Source: Eledone cirrhosa
Lineage: Eukaryota
Length of the DNA stretch: 64,000 nt
Assembly: GCA_964016885.1 (NCBI GenBank)
Contig: OZ024740.1
Location: 362,080,001 to 362,144,000 of the forward strand
Direction of reading: 5' to 3'
Of the stretch, positions 13,401-28,400 are shown piece after piece; positions within the stretch are counted from its first letter, which is position 1, and each line of letters begins with the position of its first letter. The position numbers and the translations under genes are program-made. The notes under the pieces were generated by a model. That model worked only from the letters and a program-made list of their open reading frames with translations, searched no databases and had not been told where the DNA came from.

Positions 13401-16400
13401 TTTAAAAGTTAAATTATCAACAGGAATATATATATATATATAGGATCGAGTAGGCTCAGCCGTCGGGGTCCTACTCGTTCCTATTACCCACTCTACTACC
13501 CTAAGTATTGAGTACTTTGGTGCGTTATGGTCCACCTAGTTCCTTACCACATTTCCTTCGTTATATATATATATATATATAGTAATAATAATAAATTTGA
13601 AGACTAAAATCCAAAGAGGGCTCGATAAGGATAAATATATATCCGATATATAAGAACCATAGAGCAAATATTTATTAAAGTGTGAAAGCAGCAATTCTTT
13701 GCTTAAACTTTAATCTGTTATTTTAATAAGTATATATATTCCTGTTGATAATTTGACTTTAAAATCAATTTTAATCATAAAATGTGTCATTCAATAAAAA
13801 TATAAAACTGATATTTTAAAATATAAATAATTTATAGATATATTTAATTTTGAATATATATTTTTTATATTATATTAATTATAATATATGTATATGTGTG
13901 TGTGTAAACACTTTAGAGTAGGTTTAAAGATATAAGTAAAAACATTTCAAGATGCTAAAAAAGAACTTTAGTTCAAATAAATAACAAGATTTGTATTTCT
14001 TTACAATTGAAGTACTAAACATAACTGAAACACAAATAATTTTCTAAATATTAAAACTAATTTTGCATTGTTAATTACAATAAAACAAAATGCTTTTTAT
14101 TTAATTTAAGAAGTATTGACGTTTGAGAAAAAGTTATTTTGCATATATTCACATACATTGTATCCCAACTTTTGTCTGTTGTTTTCATATCTTCAATGTC
14201 ATTTGTTTAATTTATATATCTTGTGGAAATTCACTGGATTTTCTCTTTGTATCATTGGATACTGGTATATATGTATATATATATTGATCTATTATTGCCA
14301 CAGACACAATGAAATGTTGCTGTGCAGTAGTTTGAATTAAAAAAAAAATTGCTAAAATTATCAAACTTTCTGAACAATAGTTGGGAAAAATTAGCGACTA
14401 CATTGGTAGTCATTGCAGGATATTAACTATTTTACCGTAGTCTCACTATTGCTACTTTTTATAAGTTATGAGCTTTGCTATAATACATAATAGATTCATT
14501 TTAATGTGATTTGTCCTGAATAATTTTGAGGCTAGCTAATAGCTATGGACTAAAAAATACATATATTCAGGGGTAAAATTTACTGAAATTGAATACACAA
14601 TTTTTGATCCCCTTTGTTGCCATATTTCTATTTTAAAAAATGCCTATAACTTTTAAATAATTTCGAAAATAACCAAGAATTTAGTAATATAATTAACTTT
14701 CTCATTATTAAATGGAGGTTTGGAATATAAGTTAACAAATGTGGAAGACTTTTAGATAAATATAAATACAAAAAATAACAGTTTTGTAGCATGGAACCAG
14801 GGTTGGTTTCAAACATTTTTATGTCAAAAGAGTTAAGACATTTAAATTTTCAGAATAGTGGGGCCCACAAAAAATTCAAACACAAAAGAAAATCCAGTGA
14901 AGGTATAATATGTTTTATCAGAAGAATATATTTAATGCACAAAATATATTATTTTAGAAATCAAAAAAAGTATATTTTCTACATGTATTGTTGTTCTCAA
15001 AGATTTAATTATAAATTTCTATTTTTATTTATTATATTTGCCTAATGTACACAAATGCGCGCAGACACTCTCATACACTACATATGTACACATACATACA
15101 TATATATAAATATATGTATATATATAAATACAAATATATATATTTATATATATGTATATATGTATGTATACAACACACACACATACACACACATATATAT
15201 ATATAAAATATATATATATATATATACATACTTATTTATATACATATGAATGTATACATATGTATATATATGTATGATTTTATCTGTTTAACACAATATA
15301 TGTCTTCGTTCTAAATTTTATATTGTCTTCAATGTATATTTTGAATATTGATGTTTTAACACTAAACCCCTGTTACAATCTTGTGGCATGATAGTGACTG
15401 TAATTAGCTTATGATAAAAGGAATGTGTGAATATGTAATTAATTATAAATAACTTTAAATGCGATCAAGTTAGTGTGTTTCTGGGTCTGAATGTATGTTT
15501 GAGTGTATGTGTATATATGTATTGATTTAGATTAGATATAAGCTTTGACATGTGGTTGGTGATAGGAAGGGCATTCATTTATAGAAAATGTATCAAACAA
15601 AGCATCAGGGGACACTTCAGCTGTGTCAAAAAGTTGTAAACCTCCTTTGTGCCATGATAAAATTCCCTAAGTATGTAAGCAAGATGAAGGTCTTCAGCCC
15701 ATGAAAGAGGTCAGTAGCTCTGGTCAAATACTGACTTTGTCTGTGATGAACTGTCCATCCCTTGTTAGCAAGGAAAAATAGATGTTACAAATGACAATAA
15801 TGATGTAGTGGCATACAAGTTTAAAACCATTGTTTCAACTTAGAACCAATTACTATTAAAGTTATAATAATAAGTATCATAAACTTAATCCTTTTAGAGC
15901 CATATCTGTAATGAAATACACACTATTTCAATTAAATAATAAAGCATTTTGAGGGATTTACTAAAATTATTTATTTTTCGCTACTAAGACAGTAACTTAA
16001 CAAATTGTTCTTTTATAAATTTGGAAACTGGGAGATGCTGGCTATAGTTTTAAAATCATTTTGAAACTAATTAGTAATTTGTATGGAATATTTGATGTTT
16101 GGAGCATATCTTAACCTAGGTTTTTACATAAAAGAATGGTGGATGGTTTTAGATAAATATAATATATATATAAACATTTAAAAATAAACTGCTTTGTATT
16201 GTAGAACCAGGGGCAATTTCAGGTGTTTTGATTTTAAATGGTTTAAATTAGGTATTTATTATTGGGGTAGTGAGCAAAGATAATAAAATAATAAGCAAAT
16301 AAGTAATTTTCCGGTTTCTAGTGGTATTGTATATGTCATGTATATATTGACTAAATGTTTGCATAGATATATTTTGATATGTGTACGTATGGGCAAAATT

Positions 16401-19400
16401 ATGAATGTTTGTGTTTGTGTGTTCATTTGTCTGTTGCATATATATATATACATAAAGTGGGTTAGTAGCTTATTAATGTTACATGTAATGGGTATTCTTA
16501 ATAGAGCAGTAAAGATATTGTTAGCCCTATTTCTATATAAGCAAAATCTAATTAGTTCACTCACTTTTGACATAAAGCTTATGAGAAATAGAGTTAAATT
16601 TAAAATGCATTACATTTTAGTTTATATATACATATTCACATTTATGAAAATAATAACAAACTACTAACAAATGAATGTTAAATATGACATGATATCTATA
16701 TATTGTCTTGATGCAAGTAACATTAAATATTTACTTATAGCACTGCTAGAGGGGGGAACCATTTTGTAATATAAATATAAGCCATACAGAAATTTCTATT
16801 CAAATGTTCAACCATAAAGATATCTTAGAATAATTTCATATAGATATATTGGTCTAATGTTCTGTTAGATTTTCTTAACATTACGAAGAAAATACAAAGA
16901 AAATCCTACATTGTTAATATATTTTTGTTTTCACCATATAACTATTATATAACCATCCAACTACACATGTACATACATGCATATATAGATAGAGATAATA
17001 TATATATAATATATAGTCTACATAGCCTTACTCAACAACAAGATAAATGTATTACAATAAACCTAAACTGTCAGAGACACATTATACAGAATACAATTAC
17101 TCAGTTCTCCTTTCACTCTTACTTTGTCCCTACTCAGCTACTACAGCCAAACCATTCACCAACTTCATAATATCTAATGAGCAAAACACTGAAATATATA
17201 ACCATGTAATAACTTAACTGAAATAAAAAAATAACACCTGAAAAGAGACAATAATGTAATAAAATTAGAAATATTGTTTTGAGTTCTAGAAATATAATTT
17301 AAACCATAAGGTGTGCAAAGTCCATGTCCTTGTATTGTTGTCTATTGTAAGATGATATGTTATGTATATTCAATTACTTTGAATAATATATAATAATTAC
17401 CAGTAAATTTTCAAGCAAAATTTTAATAGTGTTAAAAGAGAAAAAAATTTGTTTTAAACGTTAACATAAAGTTAAGCATACAAAATATAGAAAACCGAAT
17501 TTTCTAAACAGAGCTTATGCATTTAGCTTATTATTATTGGCCTTGTGCCAATGTAAGAAATCATGATTGTTATTATTATTATCATCATCATCATTAGTAA
17601 TAAGCACATCACTTTTTTGGTGAGGATGATGAAAATGATAATGATTATTCATAGTGGTAATACATGCGCAACTGCATTTAAAAACTAAATATTGTATATG
17701 TAATCATATATAAATTTTAATTATTTCCAGTGGTTTCTAGATTTAATTTTGAAATAATGAAATTATCATTGGCTGATATTATTTTGCAGCTTTCCCAGTG
17801 CCTGTTGATAGGTTACACATTGCCTGAGTCTTGTACAAAGTCTGTAATGCATGAATTTATTACTGATTTAAATATATTTGGCATGTCTTCACATCATTAT
17901 ATTTTTTACAACTTTTAACTAGTTTCATTGCTGATGATAGTCCCATGAAGATTGGTAATTTTTTTAATGAAGTTAAGATTATTGTTATTTTTTCTTGTTA
18001 AAAATTGTGATATTTCCATTTATATATATGTCAAGGTTTTGAACGAAATAATGAATGAGTTCTTTTTAAAATTATGTTTAAGTATGATGAATATCAATTT
18101 TGTTTTTTTATAGTTTATTACAGAATGTATTAGTTCTTATATATGTATACAATCGCAATGGAGATAGGAAACATTTTCAGTATATTTATATTGTTTCATA
18201 TACATATAAGCCATATGGTCACACTTAAACCATTTCAAACAGTTTAAGATTAACTATATGGCTTATATGCCTTATAATAATATCTACACTCTACTTTCTT
18301 TAAAGTATGGCATACTAATTTGAATATTGGTCTTACTAGTTTCAATTAGTAACATGGTATCCATATTCTTTTAGTATCAAATATGTCTGAGAAATATTTC
18401 TTGTTAAAGCATAAATGAAAAACAAAATACATGAATTTAGTATACTATAGTTCGTCATACCTTTAGTTTTATAATTAAAAGATTTAATAATATATTTTTC
18501 ATAGTATTACTATGTTTACAAGTAATACGACACTGAAAATAAACATTATGGGCGACTATAATGTTTGATGATTGAATGGACACAATATAGGGCTTCAGGA
18601 AACTCATCAACCTGCACAACCATGTAACAACCTCTAATGCTAGTTCCAGGATTAACTACATCTAGTTTATCTTGTAATGTGCTACAATGCATTTAGTCCT
18701 CTCTGTAAAATGTATGTATCAGTTATCATATAATTAAGTGACAAGAGAAAGAAAATTTAATGAAATTCCTGCTTTTTTGTCTGTATATATTGAGCAGTAG
18801 CTAATAATAAGAAATGCCTAAGTAGAATAACGATATATGAAGTTTTAATCCATTTATACCTTAAATATTATTATTCTTGTTATATATATATATATATATA
18901 TATATATTTCTTAAGCCCATGTAAAATATTATATGTAATAATCTAAGCAACTCAATGCAATATTGTAATATCTAATCAAATTATGTCTGCCCACTATATA
19001 CCTTTTGATACTCATCATACTCAATCATGCTGGGAACTCAACTTGAAGATAAAACTATTTGGAGACCCTTCACATGATTTGATTTTACAAGCATAATTTT
19101 TTTTTCCCATCATTTATTATTTTGATGTATTTTAGAAATTAACTAATTTCTTTAACTATTTTCTCACATCTTTTACTTATGTTTATCATATTCATTTTCT
19201 TATGATTTAAACTTCAACCATTCACAAAATGTTAATGTTTTAAATCATACTTCAACTTAAATTTGAATTTTATCGGTAAATGTGCAAATGTTTATAGTTA
19301 TAAAACTTCCTTTTTGTGTAAAGAATTTTTTTCAACAATTATCAATGTCACTTTATGAAGATTGGAAAACTATCTTTATAGAAACTTATTGAATAGTGAT

Positions 19401-22400
19401 GGTGTAAATCTTTGAAATAATTTACTTAAATTATATATATATATATCATATAATTAACGTATTTCAATATTAGTAATATTTAGTGACATTAATACTTTTG
19501 AAAAGTTTATTAATTAAAATTCATTTTAAATGTAATTTTGAAACCTCATTTCAGAATTGTTAAATATATTGTATCTGCTTATTTTAGAATCACTAACATA
19601 TGCTCTCTATATTCTATTTATAATCTGAAATAACTTTATTCCTGAATAATGTTTAAGTTTCTAATAATGATAAATATATATTTAGTAGTATCTTAGATGT
19701 AAAGTTACATATTAAGGTTTCAGACCTTTGTGTTAAATTTCATTTTCATTTAATATAATGTAATATAATATACGGCAGGAGTGACTAGCACTTAATGTTT
19801 GCATATTGTGTTAGCTAAGTTAGGCCACAAAACTATCGATGGCTGACGATAAAATATCAGGTGTATGTTTTTATATACATAAATGAGAATGTTTACTCAA
19901 ATTCTGCTTAAGCTCAAAATTAACCATGTCAAACTGAGCAGCTGCTACTTCTTATTATCTAGTAGTAATTAGATACCTATATATTCACTAACACTGATAT
20001 GTTATAAGAAATCATTCCTTATTTGTTTATACTAACAATATTTGGTATTTTAATTATTATACCTTCTATCATGTAATGCCTCCAGAAGAATTTTCACATC
20101 CAACCTTTAGAAAAAATTATCTGTGAATGAACTCTTAACATCCTGTAATGATTTTGTAGAAAATATCTAAAAATCGGTTTGTTAATTCAAATTTTTATAT
20201 TATCTTTGCTAGAGAACAGATCATTGTAAAACTTTACAATATCAGTATAGATTATTTTTACAATGATGCAGTCATAATGCTGTTTTATACTTTTCAAGAA
20301 TGTCTTACAAATGAAGTACAGGTTGTTAAGGGTTAAAGCAATGTATCTAAATATATTTTGATATATAAAACTATTTTATAATAAAAACCTGAATAGCTTT
20401 ATTTATTCATACATTATCAAATCAGTATGATGTAAACACATGCTAACTCATATATTTCTGTATATGTTTGTTTGTATGGAATTCTGTAAAATTATAAGTT
20501 GATTGTAAATTCATCATAACTACTGAAAAATTATATACAATATACTAGTTTGGCCATTTTTTTCTCTTCTGGTGTCATGATAATAAAAAGCATGTTGGTA
20601 TAATGTCAAAGTAAAGTTACATCAATGAAAAACAGAATGAAACACATAGTACATACTTAAGTATCATTATTAGTCACACTAATAATTGTTTTAATATAAT
20701 TTCTAAAATTCTAATTATAAAAAGAAAATTGATTAATTTTCAATAACATTTTTATTTTAGGCACCTGAAAACTTCCTCAAAGATTTAGAAGATATCAAAG
20801 TAATTGAAGGTACTGAGAAAGTACAATTTTCCACAACATTTTGCCGTCCTGGGGCCAAAGTTCAGTGGTTCAAGAATAAAATGGATATTTTCCATGGTGG
20901 GAAGTATCACATTGAAAATGATGGAGATGATTATACACTTACAATTCTTAATGTTAAACTAGAAGATGGTGGAAAATATATTTGTCAACTGAACAACAGT
21001 CAAACATCAGGATGGTTGTATGTTGAAGGTAAATATTATAAAAATTCAAAAGTGATAATAGTTTTTTAATTATAATGACTTTATATCAAAATTATAATTT
21101 TAATTGTTTCTACTTTTGGCACAAGGCCAGCAATTACCCAGTACATTACTGGTACTTTATTTTATCGACCCCGTAAGGATGAAAGGCAAAGTTAACCTCA
21201 GCGGGATTTGAACTCAGAATAGCAAGGGCCATAACTCTATGCATCAAAGCATGGCGTCCGATCCTCTATCAATACTGCCAATACACTAATGAAATTATTG
21301 TTTACAGTGCTCAGATGCACCACAACTCATCAAAGGTGCATGTATAGTACATAGAATAATGTCAAATGTCAGGAAAATTAACAGTGTACGAGTCATGAAA
21401 TACATGTGTGCGTGTGTATGGAGGGGGATATAAGGTGTAGTGTTGGCGAATCTCAGGAAGCATGGAGGTTTTAAAGGATGCAGTGTCTCGGCAGCTAACA
21501 ACTGATGTAGGTAGTTTGTTCCATGCGTCAGCAACTCTGAGCGTGAAAAAATATTTCTGAAAGTCAGGGGAGCTGTGCTGTTTTCTGACTTTGCAGGCAT
21601 GCCCACGTTTGTTAGACACATCGAAATAAAAAAAGTGCTCAGGGTTGTTGTTGGTAAGATGGTTAATGATTTTGTGGGTGTTTACCAAGTCAGTTACCAG
21701 ACATCGGAGCTTCATTGGGAAGCAAGGTGTTCAGAGTATGGTAGATGCCTGATGGAGGGTATTTGCTTGGTTGCACGTCTCTGAACAGTTTTTATGAAAT
21801 TAAACAAAGTTGTAAATTCATTGAATATTCTATTATCATGGAATAATATATTTAAGGATATGGAGTAAATATTGAGTATTTTTTGCTCAAATTATAGATC
21901 TTTAAACATAGTTTGATAATATTAAACAAGATTAAATTTGAATTCAAAATACTATAAAACCCCATTTTCATTTATCAGAAAAATTAATTCATATTTGTTA
22001 AAATTTCAATTTAAGATAGATAAAATGAAATATAAAATTTTATATATGATAATATTTTTATCATCTGCTTAAAACAAAACAGGTGTTTTATAGTTTTTAC
22101 ATATATAAGTACCATGTTTCCTTATGCAGGAGGAATTTTAAGCTAAAATTCATGGAAAAAATAGCTGGTGTCATTTTATATCTTAGAATATTGTTTGTCT
22201 CACAATCAGGAAATTGATAATATAAATTAATAAAGGGACTATATAAGATGAGTCATAAAATTGTAGTTATAATTGAAACTCAACTATTGTTGAAATACAG
22301 TGGAACCTCAGTTTATAACTTAATTCATTCCTGAAGACTGTTCACTACCTGAAATGTCTGTAAACTGAAATTATTTTTCCATATTGAAATATTGAGAGAG

Positions 22401-25400
22401 AAATACAATGAGAGAAAGACTGTGTGTGGAAGATATCCCTATAGTAACTAACTATAGAGCAAGTGATGCTTTATTGTTGTTGCCGGCTTGTGTGTTCATC
22501 ACCAGAGACATTTTATGTTTGGAAAAATTGTTCAGTTCATGAACTGATTTGTTCATGATAAGAGGCGTTTGTGAACCGAGGTTCCCCTGTACATACTTTT
22601 TCATAAGAAACTGCATATTGCAGTGAATACATGTGAGATTGAGATGTTTATACGTAACATTGTATAATTTTACAAAATATTTTATAAAGATATGGCTGTA
22701 CACCGGAGTCGTATAATACACAATAATGGAATATATTCCCATTTATTTTAGCTTCAACTCATTTTATACTCAAAGAATATTTTACAATGTACTCTGAATT
22801 CTGGAATATAATTTGATTTATTGTAGCAAAGGAACTAGAATACTATTTCACCAAAAAATTACCACAACATCATGAAGTTGTAAGGAAGAAAGATACACAA
22901 CTTGAATGCTTTGTTTCTGATCCAAGAGCAAAAGTGAAATGGTTCAGAATGGGTGAACCAATTGAGGTAAAATAATTTCATGTTCAACACAAAAGACTTA
23001 TGTCTTATTCAATTCTTATATATTCTATCATCAATATTATTCTCTCTCATCTTCCATGTCGTAAATAAAAAATATTTCATATTTATTCAAAAATATTTTA
23101 CTCATTAATTAAACCATATTTTCTATGAATATTTTTGTATTGTTAAAAATCACCTGGAAATATATAATTCGATTTTGTTTCTATCTAAAATAAACATGGT
23201 TAAATGTTTTCAAGTATATAATAACTATATACTAGAAATAAGTCAAATTCTGTAATTATATTTTTACTTTAATCTACTTCAATTATTTGATGAATCATTC
23301 AATTATAAAACACCCTAACTCTTAAGATTTTGTAATAAGTTAGTAGAAACTATATCAAAATGGGTTTGTTAATTCAAATGTAGTATCTTTGATATTGGAC
23401 AGAACATTGTGAAAATTTGCAATAAACTAAACTAGACTTTAAATTTTAATTTAATGCAATCATATGTATAGTTTTCAAATATCAAGTTTCATGCAGTACA
23501 TGATCAGAATTAAATCAAATCATGTAAATGGTTTTATAGAAGTGTGTAAATCTATGGAAACATGGACAAGCAGGTATTAAAATGTTAGAAAGAATTTTTT
23601 GGTTTAAATCTAATGCTCTCTTTTATTAGTGTATTTATTCCTCCTTAGGATTCTTGCATATATCTCTTAGATCTGATTGTATTTGATGGACAAAGGATAA
23701 AATTATCTATTCAATTATTTTAAAATTCTGACTAAATATAAATGATTTGATATTAATAATTAATAATTGTTTATTAAATTTTAGTCTGAAGCAGGAAAAT
23801 ATGAGATGCAAAGGCGAGAAAATCGGTGCATATTAAAGATCAAAAATGCAGCTCCAGGAGATGAAGCTGAATACTCTTGTGTCTGTGGAAAAGCCTCAAC
23901 TTACTGTGATTTATATGTTGAAGGTAAGTAAATACAAACATACACATATACATACACACATACGCTCACACACACACATACATACATGCTGGCTGCAACT
24001 CAATTTCCAGTGAGGTTGTCACTTGATACTTAAGTATGAGTATCATGGATATGGCTTTTTAGTTCTGCTAGGGACTTGCCTATGGCCAGCGATACCATGC
24101 ATCGCTAAAAATGTCACATATCAAGTGATGCCGGTGCTTGAAGCTTTTTTAAGTGAGGAAAGGCTTTTATATCAGAGTGACTTTCGCCTAGAGAGACACA
24201 TGTCTCTCGCTTCACAAAAAAAAAAAAAAAATATTGGCTGGCCATTGACTTTCCTGAGTTTCTCTGCCTTTTGACAAATTTTGTTTTTCATCCCGCAGGG
24301 TGTCCAAGTCATCCTCTTCACCATACAAGCTTAGTGGGGTTGCTGGTTTAGTCACCAACGACCTGACCATGCACAGGTTGTACTGGGTTACATGTTACCA
24401 ATAGCACTGAATAGCGACCTGACATACATACATACACACATGGAAGCATAATGTTTTGTTTTGATTTACATGCTGATGTTGTGGCTGGGGCATATGTTGA
24501 GGATGAATGAAAGTGACAGGATGAAGAGGTTGTGAATGAAATTAATGTAGAAGGGTACAGATGACAGGCAAAACCAAGAAAGGCAATCAAAGATGATGGA
24601 GGGGGAAATGAAAGCCTGGTGAAGGGAGATGCAGATGTGAGGGTGAAATGAAGAAGCTTGTCAAGAAGTATTCCCTTTGTGATGTATTGAGATGATAAAT
24701 ATTGCTTAGTAACACATTTATATATATGTTTACAGAACCTGAATGGGACTTTTTCAAACAACTAGAAGATGTAGAAGCAACAGAAAGAGGAAAAGCTGTT
24801 CTTCAGTGTGACGTAAATGATAAAGAAGCTGAAGTTAAATGGATGAAAGGAGACAAGGTATATACAATTTTTTGTTGGTTTCTATTTTGTTGATTTATTT
24901 GTCAGTTATTAGCTTTTCATATCTCAAATATCCCAGGTAATTCAAAATAAGTTTTAAACTAAGAAAATAATTGTTTCTACTTTTGGCACAAGGCCAGCAA
25001 TTATCACAGTGCATTACTGGTACTTTATTTTATTGATCCCGTAAGGATGAAAGGCAAAGTTAACCTCGGCGGGATTAACTTTCTTCCTTGAGGGCCAAGT
25101 TTTAAATTTTTACTTCCACAATCTCATCTTCAGAATGAAGTGAGGTTGGTATGTGTTACTGCTTCTGTATAGTAGACTAGTACAATGTGATTGGTATGGA
25201 CATTTTGAACATTAGAATATTATATTGTAAGTCTTCTTTTGTGGGATTATTGCTTACAGCAGCATTATGGTTGAACAGTGGAAGACAGGAAAATTCTGAA
25301 AAGTTGACAGAAATCCTTTTGCAAGGGATAAAATTAATCAGCTGATGGAGCTGGAAGGTGAGAAAGATTGAGGAATGTGTAATGTGTGGAGACATTCAAA

Positions 25401-28400
25401 TTTTGGAAGATGGTCTTTCAAGAGTTAAATTACCTGGTAAAAGTAGTCCTGTTTGTGGAAATGTGTGGTTTTCTCCAAGTATTGTAGGCCATATTCTTTG
25501 TCTGAAGTTCTATATCACTGTTTATGAATTAGATATTTGGGGGATTTGGTGCTATGAGTTCTATTTTTTATGAAATGTGGAGGGACATGCCTAAGAGGAT
25601 AATTTCAGTCACTTGATTAGCTGCCTCTGATGGGTCAGGAGTGTGAATATCCTGGGCTGCCAGAGATAGTTTGTATAGAACTGGTTAAGAGACAACCAGT
25701 CAGCTACATCAAGTATTGATTTAGAAAAAATAGTAACAATTTAAGAAGGAACCAGTTGGGAACTATAACATATAGTATTTACCATCACATTTTTTCCAGG
25801 AAATTAAACCTGAAGAAGAGCCAGATAAATATGAAATAGAAAAAGATGGTATGAAGAGAAAGCTTATAATCAAAGATGTCAATCTCAAAGATGAAGGAGC
25901 TTACACTTGTAAGGTTCTAGATAAAACATCTACAGCTGAACTCTTTGTTGAGCGTAAGTTTTTAACTTACATATTTTCTAAATAATGTTTAATTACTAAT
26001 CAACATTTAAATGTATTCTGATTTCTTGGTAAACTAGAAATGAATATTTAACTCTTAACGTCTTGCACCACATGAAACCATATTAGCAAGACATTCTTGA
26101 AAGGTACAAAACAGCACTATAACTACATCACATAAAACAATGCAAACTTTAATATTCTAAATTATCACAACGATTTTTCTATGACTAAAAATACTATAAG
26201 CATTTGAATTAAGAAACCACATGAAACCATCATTACAAGTTGTTAAGAGCTAAATTACATTTGAAATATTTTATAATTTTTAAAGTATTCTTTCAGTATG
26301 TTTTATATTGTCATTATAAAAGGTGTTCGTTTATTATTTTACTGACATCTGTCATTAGACTGCAGCCATGCTGGGCACCACCTTGATTTAGTTATATCAA
26401 TCGCATACTCATTTTATCAATATCTTTTTGTCAAACAGCTAAGTTATGGGACATAAACACAGACATGGATGGACACACACACACATATATATATATATTT
26501 AAACGATGGGCTTCTACCGGTTCTGTCTACCAAATTCAATTTACCCAAATATCATGCATTGGGACTGAATCCCAAACTACATGACTGCAAGGTGAACTCC
26601 ACAGACATGCCTTATCTATTTAGATACAATGATCATTATGCACTGAAAAAAAAAAATTTTTCTGTGTCTGTTGTTGTTAGTTCCTGCTGTATGACTTAAT
26701 ATCCACCAGGTGTTGAAGGAGCTATAAAAATCACTTATTCAATCACTATATCTACATAATCCACCATTGCTTTGTCTTTTGCTAGTAATATACTAGAGTC
26801 AATTTCATCAATTATATCCATTGCAAAAGACGCAGGTGGTTGTACCTAATTAAAATAAATAATTATTGCTAAATTTTTGTAAGTGTTCAGAAAAAATTCA
26901 ACTTATATTGGTGGCTAATAATGTTTATATTCTGCCATCATATACTGTTTTTTATTGCATAAAAAAATACACTTTTACAACTCCTAATGTTATTTTGTTT
27001 TTAAGCTGACATCAAGTTTGTCAAAAAGCTTACAGACACCAAAGTTAAAGAAGAAGACACAATTTGCTTAGAATGCATTGCTACTAATCCAAACAATCAA
27101 CCAATTGTATGGACTAAGGATGGTAAACCATTAAGTCCATCAAACAGGTATATTTAATCAATATTCTGTAGTGTGTAAAGACTCAAAGTGCATTAACTGT
27201 TGTAACCATTTTGATACCAACCCAGCCAAAACCAACTCTGGTTCTATGAGACAAAACCACCCATTTTAAGGTTCCTATATAAATGTGAATCTTCCAGCAT
27301 CATTTTATACAAGAACCATATGTTAAGTTAGTATTTTAGTATTGAAATAATTAATAATGTTATCCCTAAAAATTATTCATTAATCTATTGAAATAGAATG
27401 TATTTCATTAGAAATATTGCCATGAAAGTTGAAGTCCATTCTATCATCTTAATTTGCTTTACTTTCATTGATATATTTACTGAGCTTTATTTTGATAATT
27501 AATCCCTTTTGATACCAACCCACCTGAAACCACTCTGGATTTATGATATGAAATTGCCCATTAAAAAATGTTCATACTCATATCAAAACCTTCCATCATC
27601 ATTCTATTTAAGATATTGTTGTTAAGTAATGTTCAAGACTAATGAAAAACTTTTAAACTATTAAATTACTCCAATTTTTTTTTTTATTATTCTCAAAACT
27701 TTTAAGCATATAAGCGGAGTATTTCACTAGAAAAGGGTTGAAAAAATGAGTTTGATATTTCAGCTCATTGCAGTTAAGAAATTATGATTAATTTGATTTA
27801 ATATAGATATATGTTTATCAATTATTTTTTTTAATTTCTATATATTGATGTGTGTGTAAAAAAAACAGTAGTTTTGAAATGTGTGGATTTCTAGTAAAAA
27901 CTAAAATACAAATTATGGATAGGACTACAGAAGTCTAATGTGCTCAATATGCTGTATTGCAAATGTGCAATGTCATCTCTTTTCAATGGATCCCTGTCGG
28001 TTTTCATGATGAGTTGTTTGATCAATGGAATGACCTGCTTATGAAATTAATGTGTAAGTGGGGGCTGAACATTCCACAGACAGGTGTGCCCTTAATAGAA
28101 TTCTCAGGGAAGTTCAGTGAAACAACGTGTGACAAGGTTGGCCCTTTAAATTACATACAGAACACCCAACAGGCTTCCAAACAGTTCCTCAGACTACTCA
28201 ATTTCCCTCACAAGTCATGCATTGACCCAAGATTATAGTCAATGGCACTTGTGCAAGCTGCCCCTCAAAGGGAGTGAACCCAAGATCTAATGACTATACG
28301 ATCTTGAGTTCAATATCTATAAGATGATTTAGCCATGCTGCTCTGCATCCACATTGACAGAGAACCAATATTTTAAATATGATTAGCCTTTTTATTACCA

